A stretch of DNA of 63,995 nucleotides, counting the filler, from Stramenopiles sp. TOSAG23-2 (Eukaryota), in NCBI GenBank assembly GCA_900128395.1. It is 6 parts of 6 records of this genome, joined end to end, with 100 filler letters (N's around TTAATTAATTAA, not from the genome) between each part and the next. Parts side by side here need not be neighbours in the genome. Positions count along the whole stretch, not along the records: positions 32,927 to 43,772 come from LT649984.1; positions 43,873 to 54,712 come from LT649985.1; 4 more parts are not named here. One strand, given 5' to 3'. The position numbers were made by a program, and so were the translations under genes. Numbering within the stretch: position 1 is the first letter of the stretch; each line of letters begins with the position of its first letter. This document shows positions 33,357-45,592 of the stretch, piece by piece. The notes beneath the pieces are model-generated. The model saw nothing but the letters and a program-made list of their open reading frames with translations. It was not told the DNA's origin and ran no database searches.

Positions 33357-36353
33357 TTAACACAACATTTGTTCCACCATTCGTTTCATGAAAAATTTCT
33401 CACTTGAACTCAATTGATCACCACCGGCTAAAAGCAATTTTGGTTTTGTACCAATCATATCCATAACATTTTCTTCTGGTATATTGTATTCATTTATTAA
33501 AACATCAACACTATGATTCAATTGTTCTGGTGTAAACGACAATACTTTTGGCCATTTTTCAACCATTTTTGTTGTAAATTCACGGTCAATTTTTTTCTCA
33601 ATCACAAACCAATTATACGAGTTAATAATCGTCTCTTCGTTGCATAGTAATAACAATGGTGCATCTTCAAATATCATCCCTAACTGTCGTTCAAGTATAT
33701 TACAATGTTTACAGATGACATTTCCAAGTGGTTTTAATTCATTTTCAACACTACGTGTTAAAAATTCTGGATATACTTCAACAATATTAGCCAGCCTTTG
33801 CTCTACACTAACTGGTTGTCTCCAACTTTTATCGCGTATTCCTAACCTACGTAACCAATCAAATGCAGGAAACAAAGTATTTTCTACATCTGCTTTTAAA
33901 AGTTCTGGATGTTTTATACAACACATTTTAAAAACGGCATTATTATTTCTAGTGTCCATACCAGGTGTTATTATAGTTTCTTCCTTAGAAGACGATGATG
34001 AGGTCGCGTCGCTCTTGTTCTCTTCTTGATATGGATTGATTTTCACTTTTTCAATTAAAAATTGAAATACTTTTTCAATATTTAAATCTATTTCACCTGC
34101 TTTGTAATCTTGAATAAATCTACGATATGTTTCTACATTTGAACCTACTTCAACAACAAATTGAGGATCTTCCATTGTTGTCAATGCTTTTGCATGTGGC
34201 ATTTTATTTATATGTTGATGTTCCAATAAATGCAATGCAAATTTTACCCGTGGCTCTACACGTTGCTCAAAACTATAACATAAAATAATTGGATTTAAAA
34301 ACAATATTTTTTCATTGTACAAACCACCATGATACGATGTTAAAAATTCAATATTTTTTTGTATCCATTTTTCTGGATTCGGCCATGCAAATAAACCTTT
34401 GCATAATTTACTTGTTGGATCAATATGATTTGCTTTTAAATAATCTACTAATGGCCTTACTTGCGTATCTGGATCGTAAGTTAATAATGTTGGAAAGCTT
34501 GAAACTAAATCACCACATTGTGCTTTATCAAATCCAACAAATTCTAAGAAATCAAACATTCGCATTAAGATATCTGTATCTTTCAAAAATACAGGTAAAT
34601 GTCCTTTAATAATTGCTAATATATTTACATCATATTGTTGAAACAATTCAATTTTTTGATTTAAATCTTTTGTATTTTCAGTTAATATACGTGGGGAAGC
34701 TGCTAATAATGTATCCCATTTAAAATTAGATGTATCCAATGTTATTGTTGTCAAATCATGTAAATAATCATACGTATGTTGCAGCTCTTGGACTGTGTAA
34801 AATAATAATTCTGGCGATCTTTTTAAAATTGCTTTCATTTTATTTGTTTGTTTAAAAATAGTTTTTAAATAATCATACGTATCATGTATTTCTATTTGCG
34901 ATGCATCATCCACTATACTTAGAGACAATTCTGGGCATTTTTTTTCCATTTGTTTAATTTCTTTCGATGTGAAATTTAAATCGTTTTTTAATATTTCAAT
35001 TATGGAAATGGTTTGCATCTTTGTTTTTTTCGTTTTTTCAATTGTTGTAGATGTAGTCGTGGTAGTAGTAGGAGGAGGAGAAGAAGGAGCATCACTTTCT
35101 TTTAAATGATTATTTTTTGTAGTATCATCATTTTCGTTTGTTGAATAAAGTGTTTCAAACATATTGAAAACATCATGATTTGCTGGAGTTGTTGTATTTA
35201 TGGCTGACGACTCGTTCACCACATTGTTATTATGTTTATTATTATCATCCCCATTAAAATATGGTACATCACCTTGTATCGATGCTCTTAACATTCTACG
35301 TTCCATTGTATCTGGCATATCTAAAGTTGTTGCACGATGTAACATACGCATATTATCCCATATTAACATATCACCAGGATTATTCCATTGAAAAAATTCA
35401 CAAAATGGACTATGTTCATATTCTTCTTCTATGTTGTTGTTGTTATTATTATTATTATTATTATTATTAGTATTGTTGCTGTTGTTACTACTTTCTAAAA
35501 ATACATGCCAATTGTGTCCAAACATATGATTATAAAGACGTGTTAATAATTGATTACTAACATCTAAATTTACTGGTGTTTTACCATCTGGTAATATTAA
35601 ACGAGTTGTATAACATGGATTCACATATATAGATAACCGTTTTGAATGCGGATGTTCCCTTATTACCGGATGTATTGCTTTATATGATTTGTCTTCTTCT
35701 GTAGATATTTCATTAAAATGTGCTGGATCTTTCATAATTGTCATTAAATCATTATTTTCCATTCCATATCCACCATTATGAGTTGAACTATGTTCAGCAT
35801 ATAAATTTAATATTCCATTTTTCAAATCTAAAGGCAATGCATCATACGCATTTGCACCATCGCATAGCCATGTGCCAATACCAGGAACAGTTGCAGTTCT
35901 ACCATCATTATATTTCACTAATGGCAAGCCAACTGCATATAATGCCGTTGCTGCAGCCGGTTTATCATTGTATGAATTATCAGAATGCCAATGGTCGGAA
36001 CCTCGTGGTTGTGATGGTTTTTGCGTTTCTTTTGATGACGGTATTATTTTTCTGCCTTTTGTATTATATAATTGAACACACGCACCTTGTTCATTGACAG
36101 GAACAAGCGGTTTCTTATTTCCAAAATGTTTCACTAAATCTTCAAATTGATTAGCAGCTTGTAAATTCATCGAACGAAAAGATACTGCACCATGTTCTGC
36201 TAATAATATTTGCAATTCTTCAACGGAAACATCAGTTGTACAGGTATGAACGTTTCTATTAAAATGGTGATGATAAGTTCGTTGTATATTGTTCTTGATA
36301 ATAATACGACGACGTAAAGGTAGGTAGGTCTTTTTATAATAATATCGTATCAT
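33357..36353 (-). CDS. TauD/TfdA-family 2OG-Fe(II) dioxygenase fused to mTERF repeats; predicted mitochondrial transit peptide
   Basis: HWHSDNSY (HxD), HPVIREHP..KRLSIYVN, GDMLIWDNMRMLHRA. mTERF-like repeats FPTLLTYDPDTQVRPLVDYL, NPIILCYSFEQRVEPR, HPELLKADVENTLFPAFDWL. Arg-rich, acid-free N-terminus. Confidence 0.8.
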   Translation of the reverse strand: MIRYYYKKTYLPLRRRIIIKNNIQRTYHHHFNRNVHTCTTDVSVEELQILLAEHGAVSFRSMNLQAANQFEDLVKHFGNKKPLVPVNEQGACVQLYNTKGRKIIPSSKETQKPSQPRGSDHWHSDNSYNDKPAAATALYAVGLPLVKYNDGRTATVPGIGTWLCDGANAYDALPLDLKNGILNLYAEHSSTHNGGYGMENNDLMTIMKDPAHFNEISTEEDKSYKAIHPVIREHPHSKRLSIYVNPCYTTRLILPDGKTPVNLDVSNQLLTRLYNHMFGHNWHVFLESSNNSNNTNNNNNNNNNNNNIEEEYEHSPFCEFFQWNNPGDMLIWDNMRMLHRATTLDMPDTMERRMLRASIQGDVPYFNGDDNNKHNNNVVNESSAINTTTPANHDVFNMFETLYSTNENDDTTKNNHLKESDAPSSPPPTTTTTTSTTIEKTKKTKMQTISIIEILKNDLNFTSKEIKQMEKKCPELSLSIVDDASQIEIHDTYDYLKTIFKQTNKMKAILKRSPELLFYTVQELQHTYDYLHDLTTITLDTSNFKWDTLLAASPRILTENTKDLNQKIELFQQYDVNILAIIKGHLPVFLKDTDILMRMFDFLEFVGFDKAQCGDLVSSFPTLLTYDPDTQVRPLVDYLKANHIDPTSKLCKGLFAWPNPEKWIQKNIEFLTSYHGGLYNEKILFLNPIILCYSFEQRVEPRVKFALHLLEHQHINKMPHAKALTTMEDPQFVVEVGSNVETYRRFIQDYKAGEIDLNIEKVFQFLIEKVKINPYQEENKSDATSSSSSKEETIITPGMDTRNNNAVFKMCCIKHPELLKADVENTLFPAFDWLRRLGIRDKSWRQPVSVEQRLANIVEVYPEFLTRSVENELKPLGNVICKHCNILERQLGMIFEDAPLLLLCNEETIINSYNWFVIEKKIDREFTTKMVEKWPKVLSFTPEQLNHSVDVLINEYNIPEENVMDMIGTKPKLLLAGGDQLSSSEKFFMKRMVEQMLC

Positions 36354-36798
36354 GATTGTTATCTTTCTTTATGATTATATGTTGTACTTTTGTTTCTTTT
36401 GAGATCTTCCTTGCCATAAAATCTTTTTCTTATTATAGATTCGTCTATTATTATTGTAGTGTGTATATACATTAGTTTTGTATGATATCTAAAATTAGAC
36501 CAAACAATATATATATCTTTTTTTTGTATATCTTCATACTTCATACTGTACTTCATACTGTGTAGTGCTATTTTAATATAAAAAATATCTTTATCCCTTG
36601 AACTTTAATAATTTAACTTCGGTGCAAACTGGCAAACGTGCAAACCAGCAAACTGGCCAAAGAGCATCAGAGCACCCAGAGGTCGGAGTTAAGGTTTCCT
36701 GAGTAAGGTCGGAGATCAACATAGAGCATATAGAGGGGTTTACCAGTTTGAGGTGAGGCAAAACTCATTGATCTAAATTTAGCCACGGCGAGAGGAAG

Positions 36799-38073
36799 AT
36801 GTCACCATATCCATCACAGACAACTACAAATGTTTATTATCAAGTACCTATCCAACAACCAATGAAGAATGGTATGATGATTCCACCAACGAGTAAAAAT
36901 CAACTACCGCCACCAAATATGATGCAACAACCATTTAATAACAACGGTATGATGATGATGGTTCAAGCCCCAATGCAACAACAACAGCAAATGCCACAAC
37001 AAATGCCACAAGCACCTGGCATGATGTACAATAGTTTACCACCACCTTCCGGCGGTTTCCCTAGGAATGGTGGTGGTGTACCACCTGTGCCTCCATTTGC
37101 ATTTGAAAAAACACCGGAACTGTATGCAAACGGGCAACAATTACCACCACCACAACTTCAGCAACAGCAGCAGCAGCAACAACAACAACAACAATATGGT
37201 AATGGAAATAATAATTATAATAAACAACAACCTATTAATAATAAAATGTCTTCTGTAAATAAGAATGGAATGAAAAAGAAAAAAAGGTCCAAGAAGCGTG
37301 GATTTAAATCTGGTTTTCGTGTTGTTGAACCAAGTGATTTTGAAGCAAGTGAATTTCAAGCACCAGAAAGTAAAGAAAGAGAACGACGACGTAAAGACAG
37401 ATCAATACAAAACGATAAAGTTGCTAGACGTAATAATAATTCGAAATATCGTAACAACCGCGATGCTCGTAACAATAACAATGCGAATAGGAAAAACAAA
37501 AATAATAGTAATAGAATGATGCAACAACAACAACCAGCGAATAATAGTAAACGTAATATGAATAAAAATAGAATGCAACAAAGAAATAAAAACAATAATA
37601 CAAAAAAAGCATCAATAGCACATCCAAATAAACTTGTTAGTGATAGAAAATATAGGTCATCAAATAATAATAACAATTATTATAATAATAATGGAAATAC
37701 TAATAGCTTGAAACCACAAAGGCCATTAAGGCAAAAAGGTAACAACAACAATAGTTTATCAAATGGTCAAAAGTATAGAACAAGTCCACGACAAAGAAAA
37801 GTCCAACAATTAGCAAATAGTAGTAAAAAAAATAATAACAATGCCACCAATCAAAGAAACAATCCAAGATATGGTAAAAACTTTTCAAATAGATCACAAA
37901 TAAAAGATCGAAGTAAGGACAGAGATGAAAAACGAAGAAACAACAATGATAATAGAAACAATCGTCGTAGAAAGAATGTAGATGAAGTTGAGCCTAATAA
38001 TCGTCGACGTGGTGGTGGAGGAAATCTTCGTAATAATAACAATAGGAGAAAAGTTGGAGGAAGAAGAAATTAA
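36799..38073 (+). CDS. Low-complexity Pro/Gln/Met-rich then Asn/Arg/Lys-rich disordered protein
   Basis: 424-aa ORF with the poly-Q/N composition typical of this genome; no recognisable domain. Confidence 0.6.
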   Translation: MSPYPSQTTTNVYYQVPIQQPMKNGMMIPPTSKNQLPPPNMMQQPFNNNGMMMMVQAPMQQQQQMPQQMPQAPGMMYNSLPPPSGGFPRNGGGVPPVPPFAFEKTPELYANGQQLPPPQLQQQQQQQQQQQQYGNGNNNYNKQQPINNKMSSVNKNGMKKKKRSKKRGFKSGFRVVEPSDFEASEFQAPESKERERRRKDRSIQNDKVARRNNNSKYRNNRDARNNNNANRKNKNNSNRMMQQQQPANNSKRNMNKNRMQQRNKNNNTKKASIAHPNKLVSDRKYRSSNNNNNYYNNNGNTNSLKPQRPLRQKGNNNNSLSNGQKYRTSPRQRKVQQLANSSKKNNNNATNQRNNPRYGKNFSNRSQIKDRSKDRDEKRRNNNDNRNNRRRKNVDEVEPNNRRRGGGGNLRNNNNRRKVGGRRN

Positions 38074-38353
38074 ATTTTTTTCTAGAGAGATTTTTACAAT
38101 ATTTATCACACCACTAACATTTTACTGTTGTACGTTTTTGTACACACGAAAAGTCGTACGAGAGCGTAAAATTTTATAAAATTCGTACACGAGTAAATAT
38201 ATTTTATTACAAGTCACACATATGTGAAGACAGTTTTAAACCATTAACATACCTCGCCACATATTTATATACACTCCCACCAAAAACACATAAATTTATA
38301 GACGACAATTCGTATATATAATACATGATGGGCGCACTAATTGCCAGAGAGTT

Positions 38354-39082
38354 TTATTTCTTCTTTTTCTTTTTCTTCCTCTTCTTCTTCTTCCTCTTTT
38401 TCTTCTTCTTTTTTTTCTTTTTCTCTGCAGAATTTTTATTCTTTTTCTTTTTTACATTCTTTCTTATAGGTGGTTCTCGTCCTTTGCAAGCATTTATTGT
38501 TTTGCAAAATTTAAAATCATCATTTGGTTCATGAATATAATCAGAACGAATATATTCTGTAATTTCGTCTTCATAATCTTCGACAAATATTTTACATCTG
38601 CTCATGATAGTTTCATTCATTTTTCCTTGTATCGGCACTGGTGTACACAATCCATATTTATCACATTGGTCCATATTTTCCGATGTTTTATATGTATTAC
38701 ATACTTGTTGTTGATCGAAAATATCCAATAGATGAGAATCTGATGTATGATAATTAATTTTTTTCCGTTCATCCATTCGCCATCCAACGGTTACTTCCAT
38801 ATCAACTGGTGTATTCTTCGAAGATTCTTTTAACTGACTTTTTACATGACTCACGTATGATCGACATACAGAGCATGCTAATGTCATCTCCTTTGCATTT
38901 AAAACTCTTAAATCCGCTATATACGATGGACCATTACTCGTTTTTTTCACAGCTTTGACCGGAAGGGCTATTGACCTTTTTGTATCAATTTTTGTTTTTT
39001 TCTTCTTCGCATTTAATGATGATACTTGTAAACATAACAAAAATGTAATTAATAATAATTTGTGATTCATTCTTCTTATCAT
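38354..39082 (-). CDS. Canopy (CNPY/DUF3456) saposin-like ER protein with a poly-Lys tail
   Basis: Signal peptide; CSVCR, VGWRMD...KINYHTSDSHLLDIFD, CKIFVEDYEDEI, FCKTINAC. Start is ATG 39082 or 39070. Confidence 0.75.
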   Translation of the reverse strand: MIRRMNHKLLLITFLLCLQVSSLNAKKKKTKIDTKRSIALPVKAVKKTSNGPSYIADLRVLNAKEMTLACSVCRSYVSHVKSQLKESSKNTPVDMEVTVGWRMDERKKINYHTSDSHLLDIFDQQQVCNTYKTSENMDQCDKYGLCTPVPIQGKMNETIMSRCKIFVEDYEDEITEYIRSDYIHEPNDDFKFCKTINACKGREPPIRKNVKKKKNKNSAEKKKKKKKKKRKKKKRKKKKKKK

Positions 39083-39604
39083 GTATACAAACATATAAAC
39101 TAACACAATCAATATATATATATATATATATAGAGAGCGTTAAACCGTTCGTTGTTTTTTTTTTGTTACTTACTATATATATATATTCACAAAATATAAA
39201 TATGATTTATGTATTTGTTTTTTTCTTCCATATCACAATCTGTATCTTTTCATTATCGATATATTTTGTTGTTTTTATTATTATATATATACACGTACTT
39301 ACATACTTTTCAATAATAATGGTATTACCTGTGGTAGTATATAATAATAATAATCGAATATATAATATCTATATAATGGAAAAGATATGGATTAGTCGTT
39401 GTTTTTGTTTTTTTTTGTGGAAAAGATAGAAGAAGAATAGTAGAAACATATTCATCACCGCAGGGAGTTAATATTTAAATATATACATTTCGCTTTCATA
39501 ACCGTAAATAATATATATATATATACATATAATAAATATAATATTGTGTAAGTAAAAAAAAAATATTTTTTTTTTTGATTATACACATTGGACACACTGT
39601 AGAT

Positions 39605-40672
39605 ATGGAACGATATTTACATGAACAAGCTTTTTCACAAGCAGTTGAAAGTGGTACATGTTTAATTATTAATGCAAATATAGAATCGAAAATCATTAAT
39701 TTTATCATGTTGGATCGACCAGATTTGATCGCTGAATTATATGAAACCAATAAATTACATAGTGATGCACGTTTCATTAATTTCGATCATTTCACAGGAT
39801 TGCAAGTGGCATCATTATTTAAAGCAATTGAATCAATAAAATATTTTATAAGTCTTGGTGCATCAACAACTTTAACAAATGTTATTGGACGGGATGCCCT
39901 TTGGTATGTGACTACTAAAAATATTTTAATGGGCATGAAAAAGCTTGGCGACAATGAAATTTACGACAACGAAATGGAAGAGAAAGACGATTTACAGGAG
40001 TTCTATTTCTTATCAAAACAATTGGATAAATTGTTGATTACGGCACACTTAGCACGTATACCAACTGACGTGAAGTTAGAGGATGCATATCAAAAAATGG
40101 AATTAACAAAAATATTAAGAATACGTTTCAATGAATTGCAAAATTATCAAGATATTAATGATTTGCCACCAATGCCAGAGAAAATGCATCATGATTTCAT
40201 GAAAATGATAGTACATGATGAGGTAAATGATTTTAAAGAATATCTATCAACAGTAAATAACAACGAAGAAGATGATGATGGTGATGGATCAAGTAATATT
40301 AACATAAACAATCATATCATTCACGCACCAATCTTAAATTCCAATCCATTTTTAAAACGCACATATTTACGTCATGAAATATTTAAGCGAATTCATTTAT
40401 GTCCAAAAATATATGCTTATTTCACAGCATTATCATACGTTGAGAAAAGTTCATATAAAAATTTTGTTGATTCAAATGGACGCGAAGCTGATTATTTTTT
40501 ATCATTGGAATATTTAGAATTGTCCCAAGAATTAAAATGTGATGATGCTGAATTTTTAACATTTAATGATACAGAACTGGTCATGAAAGGAAATAAGAAC
40601 GGACAGGATAATTTAAAAAGTCTTACAACATCATCGACATTGTCATTGAATACAAGAAGTGATACGAAGTAG
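39605..40672 (+). CDS. Hypothetical protein with ankyrin-like repeats; 5' exon structure unresolved
   Basis: TGLQVASLFKAIESIKYFISLGASTTLTNVIGRDALWY; a possible acceptor TGTAG at 39598-39602. Confidence 0.55.
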   Translation: MERYLHEQAFSQAVESGTCLIINANIESKIINFIMLDRPDLIAELYETNKLHSDARFINFDHFTGLQVASLFKAIESIKYFISLGASTTLTNVIGRDALWYVTTKNILMGMKKLGDNEIYDNEMEEKDDLQEFYFLSKQLDKLLITAHLARIPTDVKLEDAYQKMELTKILRIRFNELQNYQDINDLPPMPEKMHHDFMKMIVHDEVNDFKEYLSTVNNNEEDDDGDGSSNININNHIIHAPILNSNPFLKRTYLRHEIFKRIHLCPKIYAYFTALSYVEKSSYKNFVDSNGREADYFLSLEYLELSQELKCDDAEFLTFNDTELVMKGNKNGQDNLKSLTTSSTLSLNTRSDTK

Positions 40673-41019
40673 AGGGGGTGATTTTTGTGTGTTAATTATG
40701 GAAGTATTTATATGTGGACATGCAGTACGAAAACGGTTGTTGCCAATCACAGGGTGAAAGAAAGTGTGTGTGTTTGTTTGTACGAGTATATTAAAAGTAC
40801 GAATTCATACGAGACGAATATATATCATCTCTCGTATAATATACATTTTAGTAAAAGAGAATATTTTGAATATGTATATCATACAAAAAATGAAATTTAC
40901 GAATACCAGACATTGATTTTTTAAATACTACACAGCAGATCATCTCTCCCTCTCTGTCCTGTCCATCTCATTTTTTAAAAATATATATATTTTAAAAAGC
41001 TGTCTTCATATATATCTAT

Positions 41020-42408
41020 TCACTGCAAGGATGCATAATGAATGGATTCATCCCTTGCCATTTGATCACGTTGACGTTTGATCCCTAATACAATCCCACC
41101 AATAATTAATACAACACCTGCAATTCCAACTACCAAATATATTGGTTTCAAGAAATGATTTGTTGTCTTTAACGTTGATGCAGCAGCAAGATTATTATTA
41201 TTTACAGTGGTTCCTTTCATTGTTTCCTTCACAGGTTTTGATTTTGCTACTTTCGATTTTAAAACTAACTTTGTAGCTGTTTCATCATGAGGATGTTTAA
41301 CTACCTTGCTCATACTGCTACTTCCTGTTTCACTTTTAGTTGCTTCCGCTAATTTGCCTTTTGGAACAGTTTTTGCTCGTGCATATTTTGTAGGTGATTT
41401 TTTATCTACTTGAACTAAATCCAAATAAGCTTGACATGTACCACTTGTCGCACCATCATTTTGATGTTTTAAAAGACATTTATGCAATGCATTATTACCT
41501 GGTTGGACATTGGAACATACACGATCAATGTCAGCTGCACAATTACCAGCAACGGTACGATCTAAACGCTTCACACATAATGGATGTACATCTTTATGGG
41601 TTCGTTGACGATCTGCTAAACATTTCATGACTTTATAGAAACCAACAGCACCACCATCTGTATTTACATGTTTGCAAAATTTATGAATATCTTGACAACA
41701 ACACTGTTTTGGTGATTTATGTTTATGATCTGCTGAGTTCCATCGTTTATTTGGATTGCGTCCATGTCTCATACCATTTCCATAACGTTCATGATGTCTA
41801 TTGAAAACAGAATTTTCAATACCACGTATAATAGAGGATAAGAATCCATCATGTCTCCGTCTCCTATGGTGTATAGCTCCAGGAAAGAATTGTTCAAACA
41901 AGTCTTCACCACCAGCAAACTCATCTGTAATATCTGGTGCAAAAAAACCATCAAATGCATGTTGTATTTCATGGCTAGCTACTTGATCCAATGCTTCCAT
42001 GGCATGTAACCCATCAACACGTTTTGCCATGAGCTGTTCTGCTTCTTTATCAAGTTTTTCATTTTCTGCTTTATCACGTGCAATATCTTTATCTGCCTTG
42101 TCTAAAGCAATATCAGCAACGTCCTTCGCTTCTTTAAATATGTGATTAATTTTTGCTTCTTCCACTTTATTTGCTTTTTCTAAATCTGAATTTGCTAATT
42201 TATCAATATCGTTTGAGTTTGATGGAAGTTCATCGTTCTTCTTTAACCAGCTAGATATTGTATCAACTCTGCTACCACTATCGGTAAAGCTATTATCATT
42301 TGGTACATATGTTACTTTAATATTTTCTTCTTGTATTTTTTTAGTAGCATTTGTTGTTGATACATATAATAATGCAATAATTAAGAATATTATTTTTACA
42401 ATCTTCAT
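41020..42408 (-). CDS. Type I membrane protein with GLG1-like cysteine-rich repeats
   Basis: Signal peptide; CQDIHKFC...VMKCL...C and CAADIDRVCSNVQPGNNALHKCL...CQAYL; C-terminal TM and a YASL (Yxx-phi) tail. Confidence 0.8.
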   Translation of the reverse strand: MKIVKIIFLIIALLYVSTTNATKKIQEENIKVTYVPNDNSFTDSGSRVDTISSWLKKNDELPSNSNDIDKLANSDLEKANKVEEAKINHIFKEAKDVADIALDKADKDIARDKAENEKLDKEAEQLMAKRVDGLHAMEALDQVASHEIQHAFDGFFAPDITDEFAGGEDLFEQFFPGAIHHRRRRHDGFLSSIIRGIENSVFNRHHERYGNGMRHGRNPNKRWNSADHKHKSPKQCCCQDIHKFCKHVNTDGGAVGFYKVMKCLADRQRTHKDVHPLCVKRLDRTVAGNCAADIDRVCSNVQPGNNALHKCLLKHQNDGATSGTCQAYLDLVQVDKKSPTKYARAKTVPKGKLAEATKSETGSSSMSKVVKHPHDETATKLVLKSKVAKSKPVKETMKGTTVNNNNLAAASTLKTTNHFLKPIYLVVGIAGVVLIIGGIVLGIKRQRDQMARDESIHYASLQ

Positions 42409-42739
42409 GTTTTAATAATATATATATATATATATGTATACACTATAATGTGTGTGTGTGTATGTGTGTGTGTGTGTCTTTGAACTTGTTTAGTATGAAT
42501 GTTTTTGATCTTGTTTGTTTTTAAATGTATATGTTTTCCTCCCTTGTTGTGGTTTCTCATTACAAACACATCAATATTTCTATTTTTTAGTTCTATTGCA
42601 CTATTTATTATTAGAATTATATAACGCGTGTCATTTAGTTCATTTCGTTGTTGTTCCTTTTATTCAAGAAGGAAAAACAACCTAGACCTCTCCTCCTTTT
42701 TATTTGACTCTCTTCCTAATGCTATTTATATGTTAGGGA

Positions 42740-43419
42740 ATTAGGATGGAAATAGCAGCCGGCTTCGTCCATCCTTCTTTGCATAAGCTCCTTTCCCATT
42801 TCTGCCATATGAATTAATATCAAAGTCATTTCCAGTCATGAATATACATACATGTTCCATATTTTGCATTTCTGATGCCATGATGAATGGAGTAGGAATT
42901 GGATTTGGTTTGCATTGAGAAGAGTTGACAATTAATGTGCCATTTCTACTGTGTTGTTATTGACTGCATTTTTTACTGGCCACAACATTGTTAACAAGTT
43001 CAAAAATGAAGATAATTGGGCAATTGCACAAATTGACAATTTACATCATGAACATAATCGTTTTTATAATGGGTTCTGTATGTTAACAATTGGTGAAAAA
43101 AGACTTAATTACATGGGAAAATGTGAATCTGTACGTGGATGGAAGCACAGGATGCAAACTTCACTTATTGGCGCATCTTGCTGGATATTCTGCAAGGCAC
43201 TTAGGGTATTTCCAACGGAAATGTGGACAGTACAAATTGTAGAATCAATCACTATATCGACATAAGTTCATTGGTATAACCTGTGTAAAATGCTGGTTTT
43301 AACGATGAATCTAAATTGATTGATTTCACTGGATAGGTATATACACCTGCATTTGCATGATAGATAAAAAATCCATATATTATAATACATGTTATCATTA
43401 ATAATATGTTTTTCTTCAT
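42740..43419 (-). pseudogene. Probable degraded gene for a secreted protein
   Basis: ATG 43419 gives a signal peptide MKKNILLMITCIIIYGFFIYHANA-GVYTYP, then a stop after about 55 codons; coding-like segments continue in shifting frames with stops. Confidence 0.45.
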
Positions 43420-43722
43420 TTTTTCAATATATAATAAAATTGTTTTGATATATTAAATTATAAATATATTATAAATTAAATTTCGACGATTGAATTATTT
43501 TTTATAAGTTATAAATTTTCTGGTGAGTTAATTTTATATCTTTACTTTCGAATATATAAATATATAACAAATTAAAATGTGTATACATTTTTACATATAT
43601 CTTTTTATTTTAAGAATCCTTCAGGGTGAGACGTATAGTGCTATACAATAATAGAGTACCACGGTATGAGATTAAGCGTATTTGTTATATACCCGGTAGA
43701 CCCTAATTGGAACATTATAACT

Positions 43723-43769
43723 TTGCCCCTTCACGGCGTGGCCAAAACATTCAAATTTAGACATAGGAG
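43723..43769. repeat. Dispersed repeat terminus (copy 2)
   Basis: Identical to 21826-21872, at a contig end. Confidence 0.8.
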
Positions 43770-43772
43770 TTT

Positions 43773-43872
43773 NNNNNNNNNNNNNNNNNNNNNNNNNNNN
43801 NNNNNNNNNNNNNNNNTTAATTAATTAANNNNNNNNNNNNNNNNNNNNNNNNNNNNNNNNNNNNNNNNNNNN
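43773..43872. other. Artificial contig linker
   Basis: N44-TTAATTAATTAA-N44. Confidence 0.98.
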
Positions 43873-44273
43873 GAGTGCTGTGTCATGCTATCTCGTGCCC
43901 ATTATTTGGCCATTTATGAAACCCTATAGATAGGAAATCACATAGATAGAAACGGGAAGAAAAAGTCTGTAGTACCTGAGGAATGATTTGCAATGTATAT
44001 ATATATATCTATATATCTATATTATTTTATTCCCGTTTGTTCGTCGGTATACATAGCCATATATAATATTATTGTGCTCATTAGCACTAGACATTTTTTT
44101 TCAAACGTTATCTAATAATATATAATATTTAATTGATTTTTTTTTTTAAATTAATAATAATTATTTTTATTTATTTATTATAGCTATTTTTATTATTATA
44201 CAATTTTGGCATTTTTATTAATAATATATAATAAATATACACATACAGTAGTCACAATATAAATTTTCAAAAT

Positions 44274-45559
44274 ATGCCAACATCCAATAACAACAGGGAT
44301 CAGAATAACAAAAGAACAAGATCAAAACGTCGTCGCACAAAACATAATAATAATAATAATAATAACAACAAATCAAAAACGACGACAAAATATCCAACAT
44401 GGATATTTAAAACCAATAGTTATTACATCTTCAAAATATTTATATATTCCATTATATTATCCATATGTTTTATATTTGGTATATCTATATTAACAATATT
44501 ATTTTCATTATTATGTACATTTACAATATGGATATTAAGTCCACCAAATCGAAAGGTAAACTCCAATCGATATGAAACACCAAAACGATTTTTGTTGACT
44601 GGTTCTGCTAGTGGTATGTCTCAACATATAACAAAAAAATTAATATCACAAGGGTACGTTATATTAATATTTTCTCCTGTATAATAAACCTATTTATGAA
44701 TAATATCCTCTCTAACAGATCATACTCTTTCATTTATTATACGCTTACGCTAGTCATTATGTATGTGCAACTGATATCATGTTTGATTCATTAAAACAAC
44801 AATATGATAATAATACTAATAATAAAGTATTATTGTATAAATTAGATGTTACAAATCCTGATGAATGGGATTATGTTATGGATCAATGTATTAAACATTT
44901 TGATGGTTTAGATGTAGTATTTAATATTGCTGGTGTATTATGTCCAAATAAAATTCAAAATGCCACGATACGTGAAATTAATTTACAAATTGATGTTAAT
45001 GTTAAAGGTGTTATCTATGGTACACGCGCAGCTAGTAAATGTTTTCAACAAACCAAAACTAATAATGATAATAATAATAATTATTATGATAACAACAACA
45101 ACAAGGATGCTATCAATGGTGGTCATATTATTAATTTTTCATCAATGGGTGGATTAGCAACTGTTAGTGGTGTTACATTATATGCTGCATCAAAATTTGC
45201 CGTACGTGGATTTTCATTTGCAGCATCAAAAGACTTAATTGATGAAAATATTGCTGTAACATGTTTTATGCCAGATGCAGTTCAAACGCCTATGGTAGAT
45301 TTACAACTAAATTTTGATGATGCATCGATGGCATTTAGTGGTGATATTTTATCATTAGATGAAGTTGAAGAATGTATTTTTAACAAAGTGTTAATTGAAA
45401 GACCAGTTGAATGTTGGCTTAGTTCAAGAGCAAATGTAGCAAGATTTGGTGATATATTTGGTTCCTCTAGAGCTGTTGCAATAGCTGAATATTTAATGCG
45501 TAGAAAAGGTGTACAACGTCAAGAAGCATTATTAAAAAATAATAATATTCATAATAATG

Positions 45560-45592
<33 letters not shown>

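Noticed and set aside
38354-38460. Poly-Lys tail without KDEL on the Canopy-like protein
   Set aside because: Basic tails occur in CNPY proteins, and this low-complexity stretch is prone to indel error.
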